A DNA stretch of 64,000 nucleotides, from positions 544,001-608,000 of the forward strand of contig OY970340.1 in assembly GCA_963717465.1 (NCBI GenBank). The letters are read 5' to 3'. This stretch comes from Candidatus Bathyarchaeota archaeon (GTDB taxonomy: Archaea > Thermoproteota > Bathyarchaeia > Bathyarchaeales > Bathycorpusculaceae). Shown piece by piece: positions 1 through 10,958 of this stretch (position 1 is its first letter; each line of letters begins with the position of its first letter). The notes beneath the pieces were generated by a model that saw only the letters and a list, made by a program, of their open reading frames with translations, was not told where the DNA came from and did not search any database. The position numbers were made by a program, and so were the translations under genes.

Positions 1-1419
1 TAAAGCATTTACTACAGCAGTCGCTATGATCAAAACCACATTGCCGATTTGAATGACGGCAATGGGCATAGTATTAAACCCAAAGTATGCTACGGTACCC
101 AAATATGTTGACATAAAACTTGCAAGGACTTCCAGAACTGTAAGGAGAACAACGCTCAGAGGCTGCGTAACCAAAACCACCATCTGAAAACTGCTTGCAA
201 CAACGTCACGCATTTTTCTAAACTCAAGAAATTTAACGACACGGTTTCCTATCGCGTTAGATATTGTAAGGGGATTAGCACCTCTATCCAAAGCATCAAA
301 CAGTATTTTATTACTTACATGAATATGATAGGATGCTGCCTCTTCGGAAAGCGCTTCTAGGGATTGCCTGTGATTTATGCCTAAATCCACTCTTGCTATT
401 GTTGAACGGACAAGCTTGCGTAAAGGTCCAAGTTCCATATGAAGAATAAACGAAAGCGACGTTTTCAAATCAGAAGTTGAAGCCAAGTTTTCACCTAACG
501 CTTTTAAGAACGTGGGGTAATTCGTCTCAATTTGATTTACTCGTCTTTCGAGCAAGTATCCGAATGTGCCTGGAATAATTGTGCCCAAACCAAAGATTAT
601 CATAGCATACGGTGCACCCGCTTTAAGGTAAACAAAATAAGATAGAACAACAAAAACAGGCATGACAAACAAAGCAGTCCATTTCAGACATTTATAAGCA
701 CTTGGCGGGTGTTTTCCAATGTGAACAATTCTTTCTCTGGCTGTTGAATACCATAAGAGGAAAAACATAAGTACGTTCGAAAAAACTGCGACAACATAGC
801 CTACCCATAACATGTTTCCACTAGCCATGAATACATTCATGAGCACTAAAGTCATAATCAAAAAGATAAGTATGCTTTGGAACGCTGCAAATACGCCCCC
901 AATAGCCTCCAAAGTTTTAACCATTCTTTCGTAATACCCTGAATACTCTTCCATAAGCATAGAATTCTCCATTTCCAAGTATCCCCTAGGCTCTACGCTG
1001 GAAAACGTGTTCGTACTTCTTATGAGAATGTCCTTTAATGGGGGCTTAACAGTCTTAGCAATCTGATTAGTTGCACTGGTTACTCCATAACCAAAATCCT
1101 TGGCTAAATTACGTATTTTATGGAAAATCTTACTGTAAAAACCGTAATCTTTGCTTTCTGCAATTGTGTTTACAAGATCTTGCGGCGTTGTTTCGCCTAA
1201 AGTTAGGCTATACATGTGGAAGATAACTGTCGTCAAAGTCTGGTCAATTCTTTTCTTAATTGCTCTTTTTCCCGTGTACATTATAATGAATACAAAACTT
1301 AATCCAACACCCAAACTAATTATCGCTTCAATAAATTCGCGACTAAGCATGAAATACAGTGAAAAGATTAGTGTAGGTGTCAATACCAAAACTAATTTGT
1401 TTGTCCGACTTAGGACCAT
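1..1419 (-). CDS. flaJ: Archaellum membrane platform protein ArlJ/FlaJ (3' end beyond window edge)
   Basis: Not in the ORF track. ATG at 1419 overlaps the flaI stop and reads MVLSRTNKLVLVLTPTLIFSLYFML...HMYSLTLGE...YGFYSKIFHKIRNLAKDFGYG. Several hydrophobic segments; canonical position after flaH-flaI. Confidence 0.85.
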   Translation of the reverse strand, partial: MVLSRTNKLVLVLTPTLIFSLYFMLSREFIEAIISLGVGLSFVFIIMYTGKRAIKKRIDQTLTTVIFHMYSLTLGETTPQDLVNTIAESKDYGFYSKIFHKIRNLAKDFGYGVTSATNQIAKTVKPPLKDILIRSTNTFSSVEPRGYLEMENSMLMEEYSGYYERMVKTLEAIGGVFAAFQSILIFLIMTLVLMNVFMASGNMLWVGYVVAVFSNVLMFFLLWYSTARERIVHIGKHPPSAYKCLKWTALFVMPVFVVLSYFVYLKAGAPYAMIIFGLGTIIPGTFGYLLERRVNQIETNYPTFLKALGENLASTSDLKTSLSFILHMELGPLRKLVRSTIARVDLGINHRQSLEALSEEAASYHIHVSNKILFDALDRGANPLTISNAIGNRVVKFLEFRKMRDVVASSFQMVVLVTQPLSVVLLTVLEVLASFMSTYLGTVAYFGFNTMPIAVIQIGNVVLIIATAVVNAL

Positions 1420-3074
1420 GGAATTTCCATCCCTCTTATTCTACGTTGCACTTCCCAAATTCCTAAACTGCGTGCAGTGGCCATTGTTTTGGCTACATCA
1501 GTGTATGAAGGAAAGTTTTCTGCGAGGAAACTAAGCACTTCAGCCCTTGCTTGCATTTCATCATAAATATCTTTGATTTTGTCTTTACTCCAGCCTCTAA
1601 ATGCAAGAACTTTATTCTCTAAATGGAAGCTGGAACCCATAAATCGGAATTGATCTAAGTTTTCATCATAAATAAAGATTGGTAAATAGTTTAATTTTCC
1701 CCCATCGGGTTCATAACCGATAACTTCGTTAATAGAGGTGCATCTTCTGATAAATTTCGTTCCTTTCTCAATTCTAGCCTGGAAAATAACTAGATTTAAG
1801 CCGTCTATGTGACTTTTTGGGACGTCAATCGGGTATGACGTCAGCCTTTGAAATAGTTGTCCAAGAGAACCTGCGTGCATTGTAGATAGCACAGGGTGTC
1901 CAGTTTCAACAGCTTGAAAAGCTACTTTCCCTTCTTCACCTCGTAATTCACCAACGATTATGTAGTCAGGTCTTTGTCTTAAGGCCGCTTTTAGCAGGTC
2001 GAACATCGTAACCTGAACTCCAGTGTGCAACCTTGTAACTTCTCTGATCCAGTTTTTGTGGAGGAGATTAATTTCCGGTGTTTCTTCTATGCTGATAATT
2101 TTTGAATCCTGACCGATAAAGGATGTTAAGGCATTCAAAGTTGTCGTTTTGCCAGAGGCTGTCTCACCGCATACTAATGCTGAAACGCCTACCTCAAAGA
2201 GCATCCAAAGATAGGCTGCTAATTCAGCGGTGAACGTGTGCCACTTGATTAACTGCGCGACTGAAATCGGCTCTGTTGGAAACTTCCTTACTGTAAAGTT
2301 GCTGCCTCTTAGGCTTATATCTTCGCCGAAGACTATGTTTAATCTTGAACCATCATCCAAATGAATATCAATTATCGGGTGAGTATAACTTAGAACTTTT
2401 CCGTGCCGTTCCGCTATATTTCTTAGCAACTTGTTAATGGCTTCTTGAGAAAGATCAAGGCTTGTTTCCAAATTGCCAAAAGTGTTGTGGTAAACAAAGA
2501 TTTTACCTGCTCCAGGGATGCTTATGTCTTCAAGCCCTGGATCTGCCAGAAACCCGTCTAAGAAGCCATTTCCGATTTTTTCTCGTAAAAAATGGTAAAG
2601 CAGATTAGTTTCATCAGTTCCTTTTGGAATTTTAACATTCCCCTTCTTTAAGGCGCGCCTAAAGAGCGTAGCTAAAATCTGTGTTTTTTTTTCACCGTAA
2701 TCTTTGCTTTCTACGAGTCTTGCAACTTCTTCTTCAATTGCAGTTAACAATTTTTGGTCTGGCTTTGGCGGTTCGATAATATTGTACCTGTTGCCTGTTT
2801 CATCCATGACCACGTTTGCGTAAATGCCTAAACCTAACGGATAAATTATGTTAACAAACTTTTTGTACGTTATAGCGCTAGCATCACGCGTGTACTCGGG
2901 CGGATCAGGCATTCCTTCAACATAAGATTTCAGGTAAGGGTGCTTTTGCATGGCAGTTGTTAAACTATCGTATACCTCGCGGTTGAATAAGCCTAAATCC
3001 ACGTCTTCCAATTTCTTGTGTCTAACGCGATATATCTTTTTCAAAATTTTTTTAGCTGGAGCCAAAACCGACAT
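1410..3074 (-). CDS. flaI: Archaellum motor ATPase ArlI/FlaI
   Basis: Walker A GETASGKTT, ISIEETPE, ALRQRPDYIIVGELRGEEG, TGH..STMHA; lies between flaH and flaJ. Confidence 0.93.
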   Translation of the reverse strand: MSVLAPAKKILKKIYRVRHKKLEDVDLGLFNREVYDSLTTAMQKHPYLKSYVEGMPDPPEYTRDASAITYKKFVNIIYPLGLGIYANVVMDETGNRYNIIEPPKPDQKLLTAIEEEVARLVESKDYGEKKTQILATLFRRALKKGNVKIPKGTDETNLLYHFLREKIGNGFLDGFLADPGLEDISIPGAGKIFVYHNTFGNLETSLDLSQEAINKLLRNIAERHGKVLSYTHPIIDIHLDDGSRLNIVFGEDISLRGSNFTVRKFPTEPISVAQLIKWHTFTAELAAYLWMLFEVGVSALVCGETASGKTTTLNALTSFIGQDSKIISIEETPEINLLHKNWIREVTRLHTGVQVTMFDLLKAALRQRPDYIIVGELRGEEGKVAFQAVETGHPVLSTMHAGSLGQLFQRLTSYPIDVPKSHIDGLNLVIFQARIEKGTKFIRRCTSINEVIGYEPDGGKLNYLPIFIYDENLDQFRFMGSSFHLENKVLAFRGWSKDKIKDIYDEMQARAEVLSFLAENFPSYTDVAKTMATARSLGIWEVQRRIRGMEIPWS

Positions 3075-3086
3075 GCATGCACCTCC

Positions 3087-3788
3087 CTAGAGTTTTACGC
3101 CGCTAAGAGGCATTACTCGCAAGCCGATCTGAGAGCTAACTGCAAGAGTTATCGAGCTCTTTCTTTCACCGTTTACTCCCCAAAGCTTTATAGTTCTAAG
3201 TAATTTGACGTCTATTCCGGATATGCAAGCGTTTTCTAATACAAAGTAGGCGTCAGAGTTTGCTCTAAGTTTCATTATGGATTCTTCTGAAAGAAATTCA
3301 GGGTGAAACGTAATAACAACGGTCTTGTTATATGCGACTAGATTTTTTATTTTGGTGATGAACGTTAAGAACTCGTATAACGGTGTATCCATAGTTAAGA
3401 CGCTTAGGCTGTCGATAACAACAACATCATAATCGTGTTTTTTTGATTCAAGAAATTTCGTTATTATCATTAAAAAAAGAGCACTCTTTGACTTGCTCCA
3501 TCTTCCGCCCTCAACATGCAAAGGGAAAATTTTGAGGTAACCGTATAAATAGTAATTGTACGGGTCAAGCCTCACTGATTCCATCATTGAAAGATATTCC
3601 ATAGCCCTTGCTTCGCTTGAAATCACGTAAACTCTAGATTGATTCTTAAGCATCGCATGAACTATTTGCTGAACGAACACGGTTTTCCCAGAGCCATGAT
3701 CGCCTTCAACAAGCATTAGGCTGGGCGTCGGTATTCCACCACCGAGGTCCCTGTCCAATTCTGGAATGCCTAACTTCACTACTTTCAT
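3087..3788 (-). CDS. flaH: Archaellum KaiC/RecA-like protein ArlH/FlaH
   Basis: ELDRDLGGGIP, EGDHGSGKT, VVVIDSLS; operon context. Confidence 0.93.
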   Translation of the reverse strand: MKVVKLGIPELDRDLGGGIPTPSLMLVEGDHGSGKTVFVQQIVHAMLKNQSRVYVISSEARAMEYLSMMESVRLDPYNYYLYGYLKIFPLHVEGGRWSKSKSALFLMIITKFLESKKHDYDVVVIDSLSVLTMDTPLYEFLTFITKIKNLVAYNKTVVITFHPEFLSEESIMKLRANSDAYFVLENACISGIDVKLLRTIKLWGVNGERKSSITLAVSSQIGLRVMPLSGVKL

Positions 3789-4312
3789 TGTGGACCAGCA
3801 GTCTCCCCTGTTGCTGTCACGCCATAGTAAGAAGCAAAGATTATGGATACAATGTCTTGGGATAAGATTTCTGGGGCTCCATCTGGAATACTCAGGGTAA
3901 TGTTGGCTTGTTCATCTGGATTTAAAACATTATGAGTTACTATGTTAAAGGTGGTGTTGGTACCTGAAATTCCGATTTCTGTTATTTGGTATCCTTCGAT
4001 TGCGTAAGAATTCACTTCTGAGCTGTTACCGTAGGTCAAGATTATTGTATTCCAATTGTAGCCGCTGGAATTTTGAAGGAATATTGTTGTTGACCCAATA
4101 TTCGTTACTGTAATGTTGCATGATGTGGCGCTTACTGAATTAACGGTCAATTGTATGTGTGTATTGAGTTTTTCTTGCTGAGTAGTTGCATAACCATTTG
4201 CTGTTACTGAGAGGTCATTGATACTTGTGAAAAAGACTGCTGAAACTCCGGTAAAGAACACCAAAAAGCCTATGAGCACTACAAACGAAGCTATCGCAAC
4301 AGAAAAACCCAT
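3785..4312 (-). CDS. flaF: Archaellum stator protein ArlF/FlaF
   Basis: N-terminal MGFSVAIAS hydrophobic helix, then a beta-rich domain with NIGST and LNP motifs; directly upstream of flaH. Confidence 0.75.
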   Translation of the reverse strand: MGFSVAIASFVVLIGFLVFFTGVSAVFFTSINDLSVTANGYATTQQEKLNTHIQLTVNSVSATSCNITVTNIGSTTIFLQNSSGYNWNTIILTYGNSSEVNSYAIEGYQITEIGISGTNTTFNIVTHNVLNPDEQANITLSIPDGAPEILSQDIVSIIFASYYGVTATGETAGPQ

Positions 4313-4321
4313 CTTTCAGCC

Positions 4322-4813
4322 TCATGTTAACGTTGAGAAGAGATAATCATTTCCAATTCCATTAGCAGGTACTACTTTAACTTCAAAAGTTGTGCCGTTA
4401 ATTGCCTCGGTTGGGTAAGCATATATGATTGCAGTTTCTCGCGGTTCCCATACTCCGTTCCCATTTGTGTCTACAATGTAGAACTTTCCGCTTCCTGCCA
4501 AAGCGTTTGAAGCATAATTATAGAGTTGGGCGCTGCCATAATTGCCAACGTAAACGTCCATATCCGCGTAATCGGTTATTGGAAGACTGCCTGTGTTCTT
4601 GGCGTATACTACAAAAACTGGTTGGCTCGTATTCGCTGTGGCATAAATTACTTGTACCTGCGTGTCCACGTTGTTTTTTGCGTTGTTAGCTTCTTGTGTC
4701 ACTTCATTCTGCACAATATTGCCAGTATAGAAGGCACAAGCAACAAAAGCACTTGCTAATATTACAGCACCTATAACCATAATTATGTGGGTTATGGTGA
4801 CTGAGAAGCCCAT
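4322..4813 (-). CDS. flaG: Archaellum stator protein ArlG/FlaG
   Basis: MGFSVTITHIIMVIGAV helix, YAKNTG, WEPRET and VKVV..NG motifs typical of ArlG. Confidence 0.8.
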   Translation of the reverse strand: MGFSVTITHIIMVIGAVILASAFVACAFYTGNIVQNEVTQEANNAKNNVDTQVQVIYATANTSQPVFVVYAKNTGSLPITDYADMDVYVGNYGSAQLYNYASNALAGSGKFYIVDTNGNGVWEPRETAIIYAYPTEAINGTTFEVKVVPANGIGNDYLFSTLT

Positions 4814-5583
4814 TTGTTGGTGCCTCTATTCGACTTCGGCTTTTTGTTGATCTGGTGTTCTGTCACTGCAACGAGTGTTTCCATATCAGCTGGGTCTAAG
4901 TCACTTTTTGTCAATGCAGCCGCTTTGTATAAGAATAACAGCAAATGTCCTTTACCTAAGCCTATTGACCTAAACTTTTCACACGTAACTGCTAAAGAAT
5001 AAATCAACTCGTTAGCTTGTGGCGCTACATAACCCATTAACTCGCATAAACGAGCTAATTCTCGAATATCGCCGGCAGCTAATCCAACGTCAAAAAGATC
5101 CCAAATCCAGTTAATATACTTCGACGCTACAATCGGCTTGACCACCGCTGACTGGGCAGGTTTGCTAGTTTCCTCGATCTGCGGAATCAAAGGTTCCAGC
5201 TTTTTGTCATCATTAGTTCTTGGTTTTCCCAAACTAATGGACTTTATACCCGGCGGGAGACTTTGGTTTTGAACATCTTCTTTCTCACTTGATATTGATT
5301 TCAAAACATTGAACGGATTCTCTATCTCAGTAACAGTAGCGCGTATGTTTGAAATGGATTTCTTGAGGTCACTAACTGAAGATTGAATTTCATTCGATAA
5401 TTCATCAATATCTGTTTTTAGCTCAACAATTTGGTTTTTTTCTTTGGCAGAGTTTGAAAAACTACCATTCTTTGCCTTATTATTATTTTCAACACTTTGC
5501 ATAGCGTCGATATCATTATTTGCCAAACAGATTTCTCCTATGTAGTGATAATTTAAGTCGTTAGCGGTCATTATCTTAGGCAA
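4792..5583 (-). CDS. ArlC/D/E-like archaellum accessory (switch) protein; probable start ATG 5502
   Basis: Coiled coil ending in IENPF, a Pro/charged linker, and a C-terminal helical domain (WIWDLF...LCELMGY) resembling ArlD/E. No N-terminal TM helix; overlaps the flaG start. Confidence 0.6.
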   Translation of the reverse strand: MPKIMTANDLNYHYIGEICLANNDIDAMQSVENNNKAKNGSFSNSAKEKNQIVELKTDIDELSNEIQSSVSDLKKSISNIRATVTEIENPFNVLKSISSEKEDVQNQSLPPGIKSISLGKPRTNDDKKLEPLIPQIEETSKPAQSAVVKPIVASKYINWIWDLFDVGLAAGDIRELARLCELMGYVAPQANELIYSLAVTCEKFRSIGLGKGHLLLFLYKAAALTKSDLDPADMETLVAVTEHQINKKPKSNRGTNKWASQSP

Positions 5584-5743
5584 AACCCTATATAATTTAT
5601 GAAGCCTGAATCAATATTGAGCCTGCAGCACGAATAAAAACGCAAAAGTAAAGAACACAACCCTGCTTAGATAGCCGTCCGTATCCGTGAACTTTAAATG
5701 CATGAGTCCAGAAAGTACACATCGAACAATAGGCGCTGATTAA

Positions 5744-6250
5744 ATGAATCCCGATGAACTTAAAAAAACAGATAGCGAAAACCAAAAAGATCAGTTTGTG
5801 GGACCAATTTATTCGAAAAAAGATGTTAGAAAAATTGTCTCAGAGTTTGCCTCTTCATGGATAAAAGGAACAATAATTATTCGCTTTCCAACTGCAGTGG
5901 AACTTGGAAAGAAAACTCCGCTGAACATTGCGTTTCCAACGGATCCATCTGTAAATGCAGAATTAAAAATAAAAGAATACTTTGTTGACTCACTATCTGT
6001 TTGCGCTGGAACTAAGAAGGCTTCAGTTGAGGAACAGGAGAAAGCAGTCACGGAAGTTTTTAAAATGCTACTAATGTTCCGATCAGCCAATAGAATAGAA
6101 GGCAAAATAATATCAGATGACTTAGAAAAGAAAATTGAAGCCCTAGAAAAAACCGTTAAGAATCAAGCGAGACTTTTAGATCAGGTTACGGGGTTTTTGT
6201 TTACACCGAAACCGAAAAAACATACTAAACAAAAACCAGTTAGCCAATAA
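5744..6250 (+). CDS. Hypothetical protein with C-terminal coiled coil
   Basis: 168-aa ORF divergent from the arl operon; no motif recognised. Confidence 0.6.
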   Translation: MNPDELKKTDSENQKDQFVGPIYSKKDVRKIVSEFASSWIKGTIIIRFPTAVELGKKTPLNIAFPTDPSVNAELKIKEYFVDSLSVCAGTKKASVEEQEKAVTEVFKMLLMFRSANRIEGKIISDDLEKKIEALEKTVKNQARLLDQVTGFLFTPKPKKHTKQKPVSQ

Positions 6251-6350
6251 GCAACTTTTTAAAAACATAAATCGAATTTTTTTATCGCAAAAAGGCGTGA
6301 GCCGTTAAAAGCATAATCATTATCTCTAACTTAGTCAAACTGGATAGTAA

Positions 6351-7445
6351 ATGGAGAGGAAACAAGTGCCCAAAAACTATACTTACACTGAAGCAGGTGT
6401 AAATCGCAGCAAACGTGCAGAATCCAAAAAAGAATTAAAAACGCTGTTTGAGACCTACAAGCAGAGTTACTTCGGCGATGTTTTGCGTTTGCCATACGGT
6501 AACGTTTTTCCCATCGGCGCGAACACTTTCTTGGATTTAGTAATCGAGGGTGTAGGTACAAAAGTTCTCATGGCACAACTGGCAGAGAAGTATGACACCA
6601 TTGGCATTGATGCTGTTGCAATGGCTGTTAATGATGTAATACGTTCAGGTGCTAAACCGCTCGCCATCGCAGATAACATTCATGCTAAAGCCAGTGACCC
6701 TGCACTGGTGAAAGCGTGGCTGCAGGGTATCGCTAAGGGAGCTATTGAATCTGAATGTCCAGTTACAGGCGGAGAAATCGGCGACGTAGCTGAAATAATT
6801 AATGGAATTCGTGAAAACGTTGGTTTTGACCTGGTTGTCTCCTCCATAGGGCAAGTAAGAAGAAAAGATGTCATAACGGGAGAGAACATCAAAGTCGGTG
6901 ACCCGATTGTTGGTTTAGCAAGCAGTGGTGTGCATAGTAACGGCATAACCCTAGTGAGAAAGATTCTTTTTAAACAGTGGGGTGGAAAATACGAGCCAAC
7001 GGATGTCCCCCAAGGATTAGAAAGACAGGTTGCATTGGAAGTTCTTGAGCCAACAAGAATCTACGTGAAAGAACTTTTAGCATTAGCTAGAGAAGTAAAG
7101 ATTAAAGCAGCAGTACACATAACAGGCGATGCTTACAATAAATTCTTAAACTTGAGCAATTATTCGCCAGGCATAGGTTTCGAGTTCAGCAATTTTAAAC
7201 CGCAACCAGTTTTTGGCTTAATCCAAAGGACAGCAGAGGAATTGGGATACAATATCTCAGATGAGGAGATGTTCAAAACCTTCAACATGGGATGGGGCTT
7301 TGCCGTAATAGTCGACAAAAAGGACACGGAGAAAGCTGTAAACACTCTTGAAGAAGTCCATGCGGCGCCTGAAATCATCGGAAAAATCACTAAAACAGGT
7401 AAAGTGGAAGTGCACTTCAACAATAAAAAGATGATTTTAACCTAA
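6351..7445 (+). CDS. purM: AIR synthase (phosphoribosylformylglycinamidine cyclo-ligase)
   Basis: YTEAGV, EGVGTK, GIDAVAMAVND, SSGVHSNG, AVHITG, FKTFNMGWG. Confidence 0.95.
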   Translation: MERKQVPKNYTYTEAGVNRSKRAESKKELKTLFETYKQSYFGDVLRLPYGNVFPIGANTFLDLVIEGVGTKVLMAQLAEKYDTIGIDAVAMAVNDVIRSGAKPLAIADNIHAKASDPALVKAWLQGIAKGAIESECPVTGGEIGDVAEIINGIRENVGFDLVVSSIGQVRRKDVITGENIKVGDPIVGLASSGVHSNGITLVRKILFKQWGGKYEPTDVPQGLERQVALEVLEPTRIYVKELLALAREVKIKAAVHITGDAYNKFLNLSNYSPGIGFEFSNFKPQPVFGLIQRTAEELGYNISDEEMFKTFNMGWGFAVIVDKKDTEKAVNTLEEVHAAPEIIGKITKTGKVEVHFNNKKMILT

Positions 7446-7502
7446 TCTTTGCTGTCTTTTTGATGAAAGCGTTTAAATCTTCTTCATCATAATTTTTAGC
7501 CC

Positions 7503-7754
7503 ATGAAATACGCTGCGAAAATCGAAGTTAGCCTAAAACCTGGCCATAGTAACCCAGAAGGCGAAACAACTGCACATTTACTAAAAGAATTAGGATACAG
7601 TGTAAAGGCTGTGGATGTAAGCAAAGTCTACATAGTTACCCTTGAAGCCTCAAACCGTGTGGAAGCCAAAGCCAAAGCGGAAGAGATGAGCAAACGGTTA
7701 CTGGCTAACCCGACTAAAGACAATTACTCGATAATTGTTGAGGAGCAAAAATGA
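7503..7754 (+). CDS. purS: FGAM synthase subunit PurS
   Basis: LKPG..NPEG and RLLANP motifs, 83 aa, directly before purL. Confidence 0.93.
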   Translation: MKYAAKIEVSLKPGHSNPEGETTAHLLKELGYSVKAVDVSKVYIVTLEASNRVEAKAKAEEMSKRLLANPTKDNYSIIVEEQK

Positions 7755-10144
7755 ACACGAGCCTCATCTTTCGCGCAAAAAGACAAGTTGCTTTTTGAGG
7801 TAGTCATTGGCAGAAGCAAATGATGAGCAGCTTGTTGAAGTAAACAATGAGTTAAGTTTAGGTTTTAGCATTCACGAACTTAAAAACATTCAAGAGTATT
7901 TCAAGAAAGAGAACCGAAACGCCACAGACGTGGAGCTTCAAACCATCAGTCAAACTTGGTCAGAACACTGCTACCACAAAACCTTCAAGGGAAAAGTCAA
8001 AGTAGGCAACAAAGAAATTGATAGCCTCTTTAAAACTTACATTGCCAAGGCAACAAAAGAAATCAATCCGCATTGGTGCTTTAGTGTTTTTGAAGACAAT
8101 GCAGGAATAATCCGCTTTGACAAAGGCTTTGGAATAGCGGCAAAAGTTGAAACGCACAATCATCCCTCAGCTGTTGAACCTTTCGGTGGAGCAGCCACAG
8201 GCACAGGCGGCGTAATACGGGACATTCTTGGAGTATGGGCTGACCCAATCGCATGCACGGACGTGCTGGGTTTTGGACCTTTAGATTACGATTACCAAAA
8301 ACTGCCTGCAGGAATAAAACATCCTAAATACGTTTACAGGGGCGTTGTTTCAGGCATAGGCACTTATGGAAACAACATGGGCATTCCAACAGTTAACGGA
8401 GCAGTATATTTTGATGAGAGTTACACAGGGAACGTCATTGTTTACTGTGGATGCGTAGGACTTCTGCCGCTTGAAAAATACATTAAAAATGCGAAGCCAA
8501 ACCACATCGTTGTTTTAGCTGGTGGAAAAACAGGCAGAGACGGAATCCACGGCGTAACCTTCGCTTCAGCTGAATTAACAGAGAAATCAGAAGTAGTTTC
8601 TCGTCCTGCTGTGCAAATTGCGGATCCAATAGAGGAAGAAAAACTTAAACGTGCAATAATTGAGATTCGAGACCGTAGGATTAGGCTCTGCAACAACAGA
8701 TCTTGGCGGAGGAGGATTATCCTCAGCTCTTGGGGAAACAGCTGAAAAATACAATTGTGGAACAACCATTGACCTGGCGAAGATTCCGTTGAAGTATCAG
8801 GGTTTAGCACCTTGGGAAATTTACATTTCAGAATCTCAAGAAAGGATGCTGCTGACTGTTTCACCTGAAAACTTGGATGCTGTAATGGCGGTTTTCGAAA
8901 AAGAAGATGTACAAGCAACTGCAATAGGCACGTTGACAACTGAGCGCCGTTTAAAACTGAAATATCAGCAGCGAAGTTGTTGCGGATTTGGAAATGGATT
9001 TTCTTTTTAACCCAATTAAAACCACGAAAACCGCAGTAATCGAAAACGTCTGTTTCACTGAACCCGAATTTTCTGAGCCTACAAACTTAACTCAGACCCT
9101 ACTGCAATTGATTTCTGCTCCAAACATTGCCAGCAAAGAAAGCGTAATTCGCAGTTACGACCATGAAGTGAAGGGAAACACGTTACTTAAACCGTTGCAG
9201 GGCAAGTACGCTGGACCAAACGATGCAGCCGTGCTAAAACCACTTGACAGTTCATTGAAAGGCTTGGTTATTTCTTGCGGTATGAACCCGAATTACGGCA
9301 AAATCGACGCTTACTGGATGGCAGCTTCAGCCCTCGATGAGGCAGTGAGAAATAATGTTGCGGTTGGCGGCAGAAGAATTGCCTTGCTGGATAATTTCGT
9401 ATGGGGAAATCCTGAGAAACCAGAACGATTAGGCTCACTTGTAAGAGCCTGTGAAGCTTGTTATGATTTTGCCAAGATATTTAAGAACCCCCTTCATATC
9501 CGGCAAGGATAGCCTCTACAACGAATCCCCGCTTGGTCCAGTAACGCCAACATTACTGATAACAGCAATCGGTGTAATTCCGAACATTCAATCAACCGTT
9601 TCCATGGATCTGAAAGCACCTGGCAACGCACTCTACATAATAGGTGAAACATACAATGAGCTAGGCGGCTCCGAATACTACAAGCAAAAAGGCTTTCTCG
9701 GCGCAACAGTACCCAAAGGTACATGGTGGCAAAGCAAAAAAAACCTTTAAAGCGGTAACTAAAGCCATCGATTACGGCTTAATCAAGTCTTGCCATGACT
9801 TATCTGAAGGTGGATTAGCAGTTGCAGCTGCTGAGATGGCTTTTGCAGGCGGCTACGGATTAGAACTGGATTTAAAAAAGGTTCCAGGTAAGGGTTTTGA
9901 TAGAAATGATTTTGTTCTCTTTTCAGAATCAAACAGCCGTTTCCTGCTTGAAGTGGCAGAAAAGGAGAAAAAAGATTTTGAAGCCTTGATGAAAGGGAAA
10001 GTCTGCGTTCAAATCGGGAAAGTAACAAGAGAAGAAAAGCTTCTCATTCATGGGTTGGATGGATCGGTTGTCGTAGATGCTTCATTATCTAGCTTGATTG
10101 ATAGTTGGAAGAAAACATTAAGCAGCGAGGCGCAGCCAAGTTGA
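7751..10144 (+). CDS. purL: FGAM synthase subunit PurL (split by several frameshifts, probably assembly errors)
   Basis: Consecutive fragments: [76 protein letters not shown]. Confidence 0.92.
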
Positions 10145-10958
10145 AGCGGGAAGAAATTAAAATTTGCGTTCTACGAGTTGGAGGAACGAACTGTGACGCA
10201 GAAACCCAGCGGGCCATCCAAGAGTTTGGTGTGCAAGCCCAAGTTTTGCATGTTAACGAGTTAATAAAAAAGCCAAACCTTCTAGATTTTCATGCTTTGG
10301 TTTTTCCAGGCGGCTTCTCTTTCGGCGATTACGTGCGGTCAGGCGTGATTTTTGCCAGAATGCTTTCAGCAAAATTGGGAAAGGAAATGAACACTTTTGT
10401 CGATGAAGGCAGACCGATTCTGGGAATTTGCAACGGTTTTCAAATACTTGTTGAATACGGGTTACTTCCAGGCTTTGAAGGCATGAGCGATTACCCCGAA
10501 GCTTCGCTGGCCAAACAACCAGCCAAGGCTACAAATGCCAATGGATTCACCTTAGAAGCGAAAACAAGGGAAAATGCGTCTTTTCAAGCAAAATCCCAAC
10601 AGGCAAAATTCTACGAATGCCGATTGCACACGGTGAAGGGCGACTGCTGTTTCCAAAAGAGAAAGAAGAGAAAATGTTGGCTAAACTCATTGATGAGGAC
10701 ATGCTGGTGTTCCGTTACTGCGGTGAAAACGGTGAACCTGCAGAGGGGAAATACCCAATTAATCCAAACGGCTCATTCAGTGACATCGCTGGAATATGCA
10801 ATAAGGAAGGTAACATTTTCGGTTTGATGCCGCATCCTGAAAGAGCAATGTACTGGTGGCAACAACCCGACTGGACACGGCAAAAAAGAATGGCGCAGTT
10901 CGGTGATGGAAAACTGGTTTTTGAAAGTCTGATTGAAAATTTAGTGAAAAAGCCGTAA
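10141..10958 (+). CDS. purQ: FGAM synthase glutaminase subunit PurQ (frameshifted near 10500-10620)
   Basis: [21 protein letters not shown] in the first fragment; [20 protein letters not shown] in the second. Confidence 0.92.
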
